A stretch of DNA of 64,000 nt from Eledone cirrhosa (lineage: Eukaryota): contig OZ024747.1 in the NCBI GenBank assembly GCA_964016885.1, positions 88,412,001-88,476,000 of the forward strand. Reading direction: 5' to 3'. The position numbers were made by a program, and so were the translations under genes. Below are positions 14,253-27,879 of this stretch, in pieces. The notes under the pieces were generated by a model. It was given only the letters and a program-made list of their open reading frames with translations. It had not been told where the DNA came from and searched no databases. Numbering within the stretch: position 1 is the stretch's first letter; every line of letters begins with the position of its first letter.

Positions 14253-14443
14253 GAGGGCGGTGAATTGGCAGTATCGGTAGAGGGTCGGACGCCATGCTTT
14301 GACGCATAGAGTTACGGCCCTTGCCATTCTGAGTTCAAATCTCGTCGAGGTTAACTTTGCCTTTCATGCTAACGGGGGTCGATAAAATAAAGTACCAGTA
14401 ATACACTGGGATAATTGCTGGCCTTGTGCCTATTGTAGAAACA
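14253..14443 (+). mobile_element. tRNA-derived SINE with 17-bp TSD
   Basis: TSD ATTATTTACAGATGTCT at 14236-14252 and 14444-14460. Confidence 0.93.
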
Positions 14444-14638
14444 ATTATTTACAGATGTCTCATTGTATTTAATGTGTAATGTGAAATATATGTTTATTAA
14501 TGTACATACCGATTTGTGACAAAGTTTACGTGATAAATGTTGTGGCACAGGTTTCAATACAAAAATACAATAAGATGAAGCTAATCAATCCCTAGTGAGA
14601 ATCTTTACCAAATATTAATGGAAATATCATTATTATTA

Positions 14639-15240
14639 TGGCGGATTAGCAGTATCAGTAGTGGGTTAGACGCCATGCTTTGCCGCATAGAGTTACGGCC
14701 CTTTATGATCTGAGTTCAAATCCCGCCAAGGTTAACTTTGCATTTCATCCTTACGGGGTCGATAAAATAAAGTACCAGTCACGCACTGGGGTCGATTTAA
14801 TCGACTTTTCCCTCCTTCCAAATTACTGGCCTTGTTCCTATACTAGAAATCATTATTATGGTGGCAGTATCGGTAGAGGGTCGGACGCCATGCTTTCTAG
14901 CATAGAGTTACGGCCCTTGCCATTCTGAGTTCAAATCCCGCCGAGGTTAACTTTGCCTTTCATCCTTATGGGGTCGATAAAATAAAGTACCAGTAATTCA
15001 CTAGGTAATTGCTGGCCTTGTGCCAAAAGTAGAAACAATTATTATGGTGAATTGGCAGTATCAGTAGAGAGTCGGACGCCATTCTTTGCGGCATAGAATT
15101 ACGGCCCTTTATGATCTGAGTTCAAATCCCGCCAAAGTTAACTTTGCCTTTCATCCTTACGGGATCGATAAAATAAAGTACCAGTAATGCACTGGGGTAA
15201 TTGCTGTCCTTGTGCCAAAACTAGAAACAATTATTATTAT
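14639..15240 (+). mobile_element. Three head-to-tail SINE copies
   Basis: B-box/central domain repeated at ~14712, ~14927 and ~15118, with copies joined by ATTATTAT linkers. Confidence 0.9.
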
Positions 15241-15359
15241 AAACGCCACGACAAATAGCATATTCCTTCACATATAACGAAGTATTGGGTCGTAAAGTAT
15301 GAAATTTGTAAAATTTCTGGAAAAAAAAACAAATTTCTACAAATTTCATACTTGATGAC

Positions 15360-15397
<38 letters not shown>

Positions 15398-15780
15398 TGA
15401 TATACACATATAAGTTTTATTGACTGTTACATTCAATCACCTCCTGCTCCAAGACCCAATACAAGATAAACCAAAATCTACATCAAACCATCACAGACAG
15501 CCAACTAAATAAATCGAAAAATGTGTAGGATTGTAAACAAATAACCAAAGTTAGAAACTATGCCAAAATACCATTGAATACATCACCAAAAGGATATATA
15601 AAGGTGCACACGGTAGACAATGTTTTCTCCGCGGGTGAGTTTCTCCAAGACTTTGATACATTTTTTGTGAACATTCTTAAAAAAATATTTTTAATTTTAA
15701 GATACTAGTGTAGTTTTATTTAGATTTGGTTGTTAATTATAGCAGTTAGGGTGACCATGTTGAGACACCCTCATACCAAC

Positions 15781-15966
15781 AGCGGTGAATTGGTAGTATC
15801 GGTAGAGGGTTGGACGCCATGCTTTCTAGCATAGCTACGTCCCTTTACAGTCTGAGATCAAATCCCGCCGAGGTTAACTTTGCCTTTCATCCTTACGGGG
15901 TCGATAAAATAAAGTACCAGTAATACACTGTGTATTTGCTGGCCTTGTGCCTAACGTAGAAACAAT
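15781..15966 (+). mobile_element. tRNA-derived SINE
   Basis: Same family, full length. Confidence 0.9.
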
Positions 15967-16694
15967 AAATTTAAACCTGTTTATGCTTTTCGGTTTTATA
16001 TCAGTAATAACCTCACGCATGATCTGCTTAATAGATGGCAGGTATAATAAATACAGCAACTCTTAATGTAAAGCGTAAACTTTCCTGTCCCTTCCGCTGT
16101 CGATTGAGGATAGATTTACATTTTGAATCAGAATGTATTCCACAATCTTTGAGTGAGGCGTATCAAAAATTTCATTAAATAATTTAATATTACTTTTTAG
16201 TATTCTCTTCTGAAGAATTCTCTTGTGTAGTTTTCAGAATAATACATGTATGAGATACCTTATATATATACCTTATATATATTTATTGTCTATAAAAGAT
16301 ACATTATGACTTTATACAAGTATCTGAATGAATATCCAATTTTTTCATTGGACACACATATGCGAAGAAACACAGATGCACACACACACACATGCACAGG
16401 CACACACATACACTTACATACATTTCTCTGCCTATCCACCTGTCTGTCTGTATATATATATGTATGTATGTATGAATGTATGAATGTATATCAACAGATA
16501 ACCCCGACTACAATCTCCACAGCATATATGCTCTAAGTAGCCGGAAAATGTCGCTGAAACATCGATGTAAACTATCACTATTAATAACACATATACACAC
16601 ACGAACACACACACACTCTCTCTCACTCTCTCTCTCTCTCTCTCTTTATATATATATATAAAGAGAGAGAGAGTGAGTGAGTGAGTGAGTGAGT

Positions 16695-16809
<115 letters not shown>

Positions 16810-17116
16810 GAGAGAGAGAGATAGAGATGGATAGATAGATAGATATACATAATCGTTGAAAGCTATTGAGTCACTGGGAAGTGGTTTCCTAATATATATA
16901 TATAGAGAGAGAGATAGATAGAGAGAGATTAAATAGTTTAGACAAGTTGATAACACAATATAAGGCAGAGAATAATTCTTAGTCCACAGCTAATTAGGTA
17001 AAAGACAGTTCAAAGTTTAATCTAATCAGTTATTTTCCAATCACAGTAGTTTTACAATATCACAGAACATATGTAAAAGAATAAAATAACCAGGATTAAA
17101 TCATATTAAATTATTT

Positions 17117-17372
17117 AATTGATTTACAAACGTTTCTATCAATACAGTAAGAAATTCCATTTTTTCCCCGCTGTACTGATTTCCTCAGAATCCATCAAAC
17201 AATATAACATATTTACCTACCATGTCCAAACATTGGTTTACGTTTTCGTACTGAAGATGTTTGGACATCGTTGGTAACTATGTTATATTGTTAAATAGAT
17301 TTTGAGGAAATCAGTACTCAGGGAAAAAATGGAATTTTTTAATGTATTGATTGAAATGTTCGTAAATCAATT
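17117..17372. repeat. Degenerate ~255-bp palindrome with outward-facing hammerhead motifs
   Basis: The arms are diverged reverse complements around ~17245. The right arm carries the mutated copy TTGAGGA...GAAAT gttc GTA AATC. Confidence 0.85.
17121..17192 (-). ncRNA. Type I minimal hammerhead ribozyme candidate (Penelope-pLTR-like)
   Basis: Minus strand: GATT-CTGAGGA-a-ATCAGTACAG[loop]CTGTATTGAT-a-GAAAC-gttt-GTA-AATC-AATTAAA. Helix I GATT/AATC, a 10-bp helix II and a minimal helix III. Confidence 0.7.
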
Positions 17373-17455
17373 TTAGATGTGGGCTCCGAATGTCCTAAAA
17401 CACCATATATCAAAACGGTGCCCCTACGACCCTCTCACATGTCACGGGACCATGC

Positions 17456-17502
<47 letters not shown>

Positions 17503-17593
17503 ACAAAGAAAGTGTGGGAATATACCAGGTGCACCATTACGCAACAAAGTATTCGATACTTAGGGTAGTAGAGTGGGTAATAGGAAAATAGAC

Positions 17594-17689
17594 GGGACCC
17601 CGAGGGCTGAGCTCCGGCCGTTTCAACAGCTAGATCCTGACTGTTCGGATCTAGCTGTCGAAACGCCGGAGCTCAGCCCTCGGCGTCCC
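17594..17689. repeat. GC-rich ~96-bp hairpin
   Basis: GGGACCCCGAGGGCTGAGCTCCGGCCGTTTCAACAGCTAGATCC / GGATCTAGCTGTCGAAACGCCGGAGCTCAGCCCTCGGCGTCCC with a 9-nt loop. Confidence 0.9.
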
Positions 17690-17979
17690 AACTCTTTTGC
17701 TATATATATCTATATAGATTAAATGTATGTGTACAATTCAATCGAGAAGGAGAGAGCACAAATTAGTTTGTGAGAATTATAATCCAGTAGCAAAGAAGGT
17801 AGAGTGCTCCATGCGTATATAATGCAAGAGAAGCGTACAGCGAGAGTTTGTAAGTGAAATACAAGCCAAGTAATAAATATATAAGCAAAGCGTAAATATC
17901 AAAATTACAGTAGGAGAAAATACAACCCAATTCTTGAAAAATTATTTAAGAATTTGGTTGTATTTTCTCCTACTGTAAT

Positions 17980-18025
<46 letters not shown>

Positions 18026-18069
18026 AATGGATGGCGTAGACATTAGTAAGTGACATAGTAAGTGACATT

Positions 18070-18524
18070 AGTAAGTGACATAGTCACTACTTTACAACAA
18101 TAGCGTAAGGTCTTCAAAATGCTTTTAATTAAGCATACAGTGTATTGCAAAATACACTATATATTCATTCATATATATATCGCTATTTCAGAGCACCAAT
18201 TCTAATTTTCAATTTTTGCTGGACCGGCAACCGCTCTGTATAATCAGTTCCTGATTATTACTGGAATTCTATAAGAATCCAACATTCATAATTTTCAACA
18301 AACAAGGGGAGTGCTAAGCTCTGAGGAATACCAACACATGAAACAGAGATCTGTCAGCTTATCTCCCTTTGTTTGTTGAAAAAAGAAGTAAGTGACATAG
18401 TCACTACTTTAAAACAATAGCGTAAGGTCTTCGAAATGCTTTTAATTAAGCATACAGTGTATGTATTGCAAAATACACTATATATACATTCATATATATA
18501 TATATCGCTATTTCAGAGCACCAA

Positions 18525-18530
<6 letters not shown>
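18070..18530 (+). mobile_element. Retrozyme-like element copy 1 (317-bp monomer, ~1.4 units)
   Basis: Direct repeats 18070-18205 and 18387-18530 (period 317) enclose a hammerhead; the element is flanked by (TA)n. Homolog at 50180-50520. Confidence 0.78.
18315..18361 (+). ncRNA. Type I hammerhead ribozyme
   Basis: TAAGCT-CTGAGGA-ataccaacacat-GAAAC-AGAGATCT-GTC^AGCTTA. Perfect 6-bp helix I extended by a ~19-bp outer stem (18292-18311 / 18362-18382); helix III ACAG/CTGT; GUC site at 18355. Helix II is weak or mutated. Confidence 0.75.
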
Positions 18531-18558
<28 letters not shown>

Positions 18559-18560
<2 letters not shown>

Positions 18561-19230
18561 TCATCAACCATTTTCCGTCCGACACACTTCAATGGAGCCA
18601 TGCTGGGTTTGGTATCTCACACGTCCGTTCACACTCCCGAGTATGTACCCACATTTACACACACACACATACACACGCGCAGGCACACACACATGCACGC
18701 ATACACATATGTACGCATACATGTGTAGACACACATACGCCCACGCACATATATACACACACACACTCTCCCTCTCTTACACATACCCAAGCACACCCAA
18801 ATCCACATACCGACCACCACATGCCTATTGGCGCCTGCCTAAACAGCCCTTTAAATCCGGTCTCACACGCACGCATACGCGCACACACGCGCAGATACAC
18901 ACGTACACGCATACAAAGACACATATCGGCGTTCGGGCACATCTGCACATATATACACAAACATTCTCAGACACATACATAGATACACACACGCACATAC
19001 ACGCATATCCTTATGGATAGGCATCAAGGACAGACACACTTCCAAAGACATAAGCACACGTACACACACATGCACACACCTGTACATATATCTACACACA
19101 AGTACATGTACCCGCATATAAACACATAGACAAACCCTGTCTTATGTGGGTGGAGTGTGAACGGACGTGTGAGATACCAAACCCAGCATGGCTCCATTGA
19201 AGTGTGTCGGACGGAAAATGGCTGATGACC
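18559..19230. repeat. 79-bp inverted repeat pair (18559-18637 / 19152-19230) around a CA-rich spacer
   Basis: GGTCATCAACCATTTTCCGTCCGACAC...CACACTCC and its reverse complement, with one mismatch seen. Confidence 0.92.
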
Positions 19231-19590
19231 AGTGTAGCAGTAAATAGTGACCAGAACTTATGATGACGTAGAAAAACAACAGCCAATGGCATGACAAGAG
19301 CGGAAGATATTTTTTGAAGGTGTTGTTTGACGATAACACACCAGTGAGAAAATTTGCTCCGAACGAATTGCATGTGCCCGAAGGAACCTGCAGCCGTAGA
19401 ATCAGCCAGATCCATACAGTGATCATGTCTCGACCTACCTGCCGGCGAAACAATTGTAACACGCAATAAACTGAGTCCAGATGCATCACTGATTTTTCGT
19501 TTTTTTATACTATTCACACTCCGCTCTGTATAAATATTGAGTGCTAATTTTGGCATACCGCCTATGGAAGCACCATAGCTACCATTATAC
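19152..19590 (+). mobile_element. Penelope-pLTR-like element with degenerate hammerhead (~19373-19465)
   Basis: GTGC-CCGAAGGA...CTGCCGGC-GAAAC-AATT-GTA-ACAC, then AATAAA and CACTGATTTT as in the 26.0 and 49.3 kb elements. The core deviates from CUGANGA. Confidence 0.5.
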
Positions 19591-19679
19591 ACACGTACAT
19601 ATATATGTTGTTATATTTGGGGAGGGTCAAGTTTCAACAATACCTGTTTCAACACTGATTTCATATAAAAACCTTGCAA

Positions 19680-22630
<2,951 letters not shown>

Positions 22631-22803
22631 CAGCGTGCGTGTGTGAATGCGCGCGTATGTGTGTGTGTGTGACTTAAGGGTTGGATGTGCCGCTTGGATT
22701 GGTGCAAGACGAACTGCTTATGTGCTGGTGGGATGTACAGTTAATTTTGTGTTGTTGAGTGATGGTATGTGCAATTAAGTGTGGCCACGGGAAGAAATTA
22801 TAC

Positions 22804-22868
22804 TTCGACTGATGACCGGTCCGGAAGATTTACAATACTGGGATAAGTATTGAAACGCTAGAATAGAA
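22804..22868 (+). ncRNA. Degenerate type I hammerhead candidate
   Basis: TTCGA-CTGATGA-...-AATACT gggata AGTATT-GAAAC-gcta-GAA-TAGAA. The cleavage triplet is GAA rather than GUH. Confidence 0.35.
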
Positions 22869-22874
22869 CTGAGC

Positions 22875-23005
22875 ATGGCAGTTCCCTTCAACTAAATTCT
22901 TCTCATAAGACTTTGGCTGACCCGAGACTCATAGATGAAACTAGCCGAAGTTGTCATGCAATGATTTTAAACCCGAAACCACGAAGCAAATATCTTAACC
23001 AAACA
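22875..23005 (-). mobile_element. Old SINE of a second family
   Basis: The minus strand has a decayed tRNA-like head (TGGTTAAGA...CGGGTTTAAAATC) and body CTCGGGTCAGCCAAAGTCTTATGAG...GGAACTG. Confidence 0.5.
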
Positions 23006-23565
23006 AACATACATTTACCCATAAGGATTACGTTTATCTTTCTACTGCATTAGTAAGCTGTAACCCAATCAAAACTAACAAACGTTGAGGGACTCAATAT
23101 AAATGATGATTTAAACTTACAACACTTAAATACTGAATCCGATATCATAAATATTTGCAACTCTATTTTATATCAACCAACAGTAGTATTCCTTTGAAAT
23201 ATTGATTTTTCCTATTGACATTTAGAGAATCGGTTTATTACTAACTGAATAAAGCAAGCCAATGTCTGAAGGTGCAATCTAGCCTCGATAAACACCTGGA
23301 TCTCTGGAGGGATGAAAAGGAATGTAGAAAGCCGTGAAATTTTAACAGAAATGATTGTATCACAAAGCTAAAGTAAGAACAATGAAGTTTACAGTCTCTT
23401 GGTCTACTCTTTCTGTCAACACAACACAATGATTCTATGAAACAATAATATCAAAATAAACAAATACACAAAGAAATATCTGAAGATATTTTATAAGTTA
23501 AAACCAAAGTTTAAAATCAATAGAAAATGGAGTAGAGAAGGAGAATCTAAGATAATATACATACA

Positions 23566-23653
<88 letters not shown>

Positions 23654-23778
23654 CGCTGGCCGTCAGCCTTTCAATATTCATAGCTGGGGTCTCAAATGTT
23701 TATTTATTAAACAAACCGTATTTCTTTAGATATACGAAATTCACATATATATATGCATACAGCTATGATGAAGCTACA

Positions 23779-23881
<103 letters not shown>

Positions 23882-23885
23882 GTAA

Positions 23886-24020
23886 GTTTATCCCGGGTTC
23901 AATCGGGGGTAACCACTGTAAGTAAGGTACTCAATACATAGCAGAGTATAAATATTCAGCGCGGCTTCCAGATGATTTCTTCCGAATGAAACAGTTCTAG
24001 TCTTATAGAAGACATTTCTA
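23886..24020 (+). mobile_element. Short TA-inserted element with hammerhead-like core, copy 1
   Basis: Homologous to 50561-50701(-), with the identical terminus GTTTATCCCGGGTTCAATCGGGGGTAACCAC. Core reads CAGATGA-tTTC ttcc GAAt-GAAAC. Confidence 0.65.
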
Positions 24021-24410
24021 TATTATATTATATATATATATATATAATTTATTTTCAAATACGAATACAGATAAAGGTAGGTGAAGAAGTTACTACAACT
24101 TAAAATATGAGATTTATTACAGTAAAATACTCAGAAAGCTACACACAAGATGTACTTGAATGAACTTCTTATTTAAAATGTTTAAGTACACTCATAGAGC
24201 AAATGTTACATTGAAAATAAGACCAAAGATTGTTAATTATATCATATTTTAATTTATATGATATAATTAACAGTATTTGGTCTTATTTTTACACACACGC
24301 ACACACACATATATATATATAAATATATATATACATTTACACACCCACACACACCCACAGACACACACACACACACACACACACACACCCACAGACACAA
24401 ACACACACAC

Positions 24411-24467
<57 letters not shown>

Positions 24468-24849
24468 CACATTATTTGATTTTAAACAGGTCAATTATAA
24501 ATTTAAAGAGATAAAAATGGAGAATATTAAGTTGAAGAATTAATATTTTCTTTGGTGACGTAAATGAATATCGAATTTAAATGAAATTAAATTAAATTAG
24601 TTAAACACGTAATTAGCTTATTTTGTTTGATAAACAAGTAATCAGACAGAAAATGATTCTCGGGGAAATATTCGTTGAAAAATATGTTTAGGACAAAAGT
24701 TTGCATGGATATATATTTGTTATTGTATTCATTCATTTTTTGAACACTTAACTTCCAGTGGGATCGTGAAATAATTGGCGAAGCTCAATCTCTCGAAGTT
24801 TGACCGGAATCGATTTCTTCTAGAGAAAAGGAAGAAAGTGAGAAGAATA

Positions 24850-25000
24850 ATCAACCCTAGTACTGAACTGGTGTTTTATTTATCGACCCCGAACTGATGA
24901 AAAGCAAAGTTGACATCAGCTGGGTTTGAATTCAGAGCGCATAGAGCCGAACGAACACCATAAAACATTATATCCAACGCCGTAACAGCTCTGTCAACTC
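24850..25000 (-). mobile_element. Degraded tRNA-derived SINE
   Basis: TTTATCGACCCCGAACTGATGAAAAGCAAAG and GTTTGAATTCAG motifs. Confidence 0.7.
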
Positions 25001-25927
25001 CTTTCACATAATCTTTGTCAGAGAAAATATGGCAACTGTAATATTTGATAGAATTTTATATTGCTTAATTTAAATGCATAGAAATAATATGGCAGCTATG
25101 TATAGAATATATACATAAATAAACAACGAATAAAACTTTTATCTCTTAAAAATACCATTAGCCCTTACAGGTTCGAGTCAAATCGATATATATGTGTTTA
25201 AATTACAATTTGTTATTGAGTAGAAGTTGGTGAGTACATTATAATTATACCATACACACATAAAAGTGGAGATCAGTTAAAACGAGATCATGTGATAAAC
25301 ACCACTTTGGAATGGAGGATGTATAAAGAAAGATTGTGATATTCCACCTCCCCAAAAAAGAAAAGAAAGAGAATGTTGCTATTCAGGAGCAGGTGTAACA
25401 TAAATATTAAATCGGGTTTAATGGTGCAAGATTAAATACATTTGATTAAAAGCTAGATCAAGTAAGTTTCTAAACCATGAAAAAATACCAGATTAAAATA
25501 GGGAAAAATTAATATTTAGGATAAAGTGAAGCATAAATATTTTATTATATCTTGTATAAATTAGTTTAGGAATAATTCTTTGATATAAAGCTAAGAAATC
25601 AGTGAAATTTAATGTGTTTGAAATCGAAATGGGAAAGGTTGCGTAACGTAAGCTTGATGACGGGGAATCGACATCAAGATATTTGAGTTTGAATTTGGAA
25701 TTTATGGCTAATTAATTTCTAAATCCTCCATGACGTTTACCCCCACTCTATTACCTTTCGTGTACACTACACCCACACAAAATAACGGCTTGTTGAAAGA
25801 TATTTTACGATTAAAACATTACGGTGTAGCCAGTGATCAGACATACATTCAACCTTTTGCACCCCACAGTTTAAGATTTGGTGAAATATCAGTCAAGGCA
25901 CAAGTATTTTGAGTGAATATATATATA

Positions 25928-26007
<80 letters not shown>

Positions 26008-26019
26008 TAAAAAAAAAAT

Positions 26020-26260
26020 TTGGAAAATCTGCTTCGTAGAATCAAGACGTATCTGAGGACCTTGCGATTTTCAGAGTCAGGTTCGATCATCACATCGATC
26101 GTGCTTCGAGCTGGTCGCCAGAGAAACGATTGTAATATGTCCAATAAATTCCATTCGTCGCAACACTGATTTTCTTTTTTTTTGTGATATACTCTGCTCT
26201 GTGCGAGCATCGAGTGCTTAAACAGCCTACCGCATACGGACGCTTTAAGCATCCAACACC

Positions 26261-26262
<2 letters not shown>
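26020..26262 (+). mobile_element. Penelope-pLTR-like hammerhead element, copy 1
   Basis: Sits between two (TA)n tracts; homologous to 49272-49440. Confidence 0.75.
26046..26141 (+). ncRNA. Type I minimal hammerhead ribozyme
   Basis: GACGTAT-CTGAGGA-[long helix II]-GAAAC-gatt-GTA^ATATGTC then AATAAA. 7-bp helix I; predicted cleavage after 26134. Confidence 0.75.
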
Positions 26263-26310
<48 letters not shown>

Positions 26311-26379
26311 TCAATACCGAAGTAAAGTTTAAATAATCTTTATTATGGCTAAGTGGTGAAACCCCAGAGTAACAAGACA

Positions 26380-26440
26380 CACAGTGAAAAGGAAAACATT
26401 TATACTGAACTAATGGGTATCTACAGATACTCCAGCCTGG
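26380..26440 (+). mobile_element. Tiny R4/Dong RLE fragment
   Basis: SEKENIYTELM matches SEKENIYAELM of the 12.8-kb fragment. Confidence 0.65.
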
Positions 26441-26889
26441 CTATTTTTTTTCTTATTTATTTCACTAGCCGTGAGCGATGCGGTTGGGCCTTAATTTATA
26501 TCCGCACATCCACATCCGTCTTGGAGGTGACACCTTGACGCGGTGACGAAAAAAACCGAAGAAATCTCAAGTTATGCCAAGCACATTCAACGATATTGGA
26601 AAGATTGGGTTCGTGGTTCCAAACCAAGACCACATCCACCCCTTCCAAACCACCCTGGCTCACCGTGGTAGGGTATGGCCCACTCACACCCTATATCACA
26701 CGCCACAATTCAAACACCTTTTCAATATAGTTGTTCTAATTCTCACTAAATCCTTCACCTATAACCTGAGCTTACACAGGAAAACTTGCACAATAACCTT
26801 CTCGGCAATACAATTGTTTAGACACAAAAGATGAGGATTGTGATGGAGAATATATCTAGCGACTGAGATATCGTATTTGACTAGCTTAC

Positions 26890-27260
26890 CAAATTAGAAT
26901 CTAGTTGGTCGCATATTATTGCCATTTCTCTTGTTATGGATGACTATATTTTGGCATAATTTTATTTCACATAATTTTAAATTCCCTTGGGCTATTTTTA
27001 ACTGTTTACAAATCAAACGTATATTTGAGGAAATATCTATTTCCTTTAAACTACTTTCTACCAATGTAATGTAGAAGACCTGTAATGTTTTAAAGACACG
27101 ACATATATACGATTCCCTAATAAGATAGTTGCTATGTCTAAAATAAGTTGAATAACCAAGCATGGAATGATACCAACATATAAATACATAATCAATAAAT
27201 AATACCGGCTGTCTTGTTCATAATCTAAATTCATTTTAAAATTATAATTGCCCAATTAAC
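26890..27260 (-). pseudogene. Possible Penelope RT C-terminal fragment
   Basis: Minus-strand peptides NYNFKMNLDYEQDS and LDIATILLGNRIY resemble the KFTxE...FLD region of PLE RT; heavily decayed. Confidence 0.4.
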
Positions 27261-27879
27261 ATGCGCACACACATGCGCCCTCACATGCACATACCCTCCG
27301 CAAACAAACATGATATTTACTTGTGCCAACTTTCTAATTCTTTTATTTTTAATGGCAAGATTAAAATAATTATGAGATAAATAGGAACTAGCGCACATCG
27401 ACTCGATTCTCACTCGAACTTCTATTTCAGTTCAACTTGAAAAGATATAAATATGTGAAGATTTTTAACTAAAAACAACGGATACCACAGAAAGAGCTTC
27501 ACAAAGGTAACAATAAAAGAAAACAAAAGAAGTCTTATCTAATTCTGATCACAGGAATTTCAATCCATTGAATCTCTTCACCTCTCAGTAAAGATACAAA
27601 GAAGGTGTATTTGCAGATTTAATCATTAAAGAATATGCATGTAACCATCTGCTTGAATACAAATGGTTATCTATAGCGGTGTAATTCCTTTTCGTCAGAT
27701 AACTTTTGCGTTATTTCAGAAGTGTAAGCAAATTTCTTCTTTGGTTCTGTATCAAAGATAAAAACTGTAAAATACTGTAAGGTTGGTTACCCTACAACCT
27801 ACACACACACACACACACTCATACAACCCCTTAACAATAGATATACGCTAGCCAACGAAAAATCAGTCTGATTTTATTT

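Noticed and set aside
16531-16572. GAAAC-ATCGAT-GTA palindromic helix III-like motif
   Set aside because: The upstream core (CTAAGTA) and helix I are too degenerate to call a hammerhead.
19222-19290. CTGATGA in the right inverted-repeat arm
   Set aside because: I could not build a properly placed helix II/GAAA/UH arrangement.
26464-26700. Possible Helitron 3' end (ACTAG plus GC-rich segment) on the minus strand
   Set aside because: The hairpin is weak and no matching 5' end or second copy was found.
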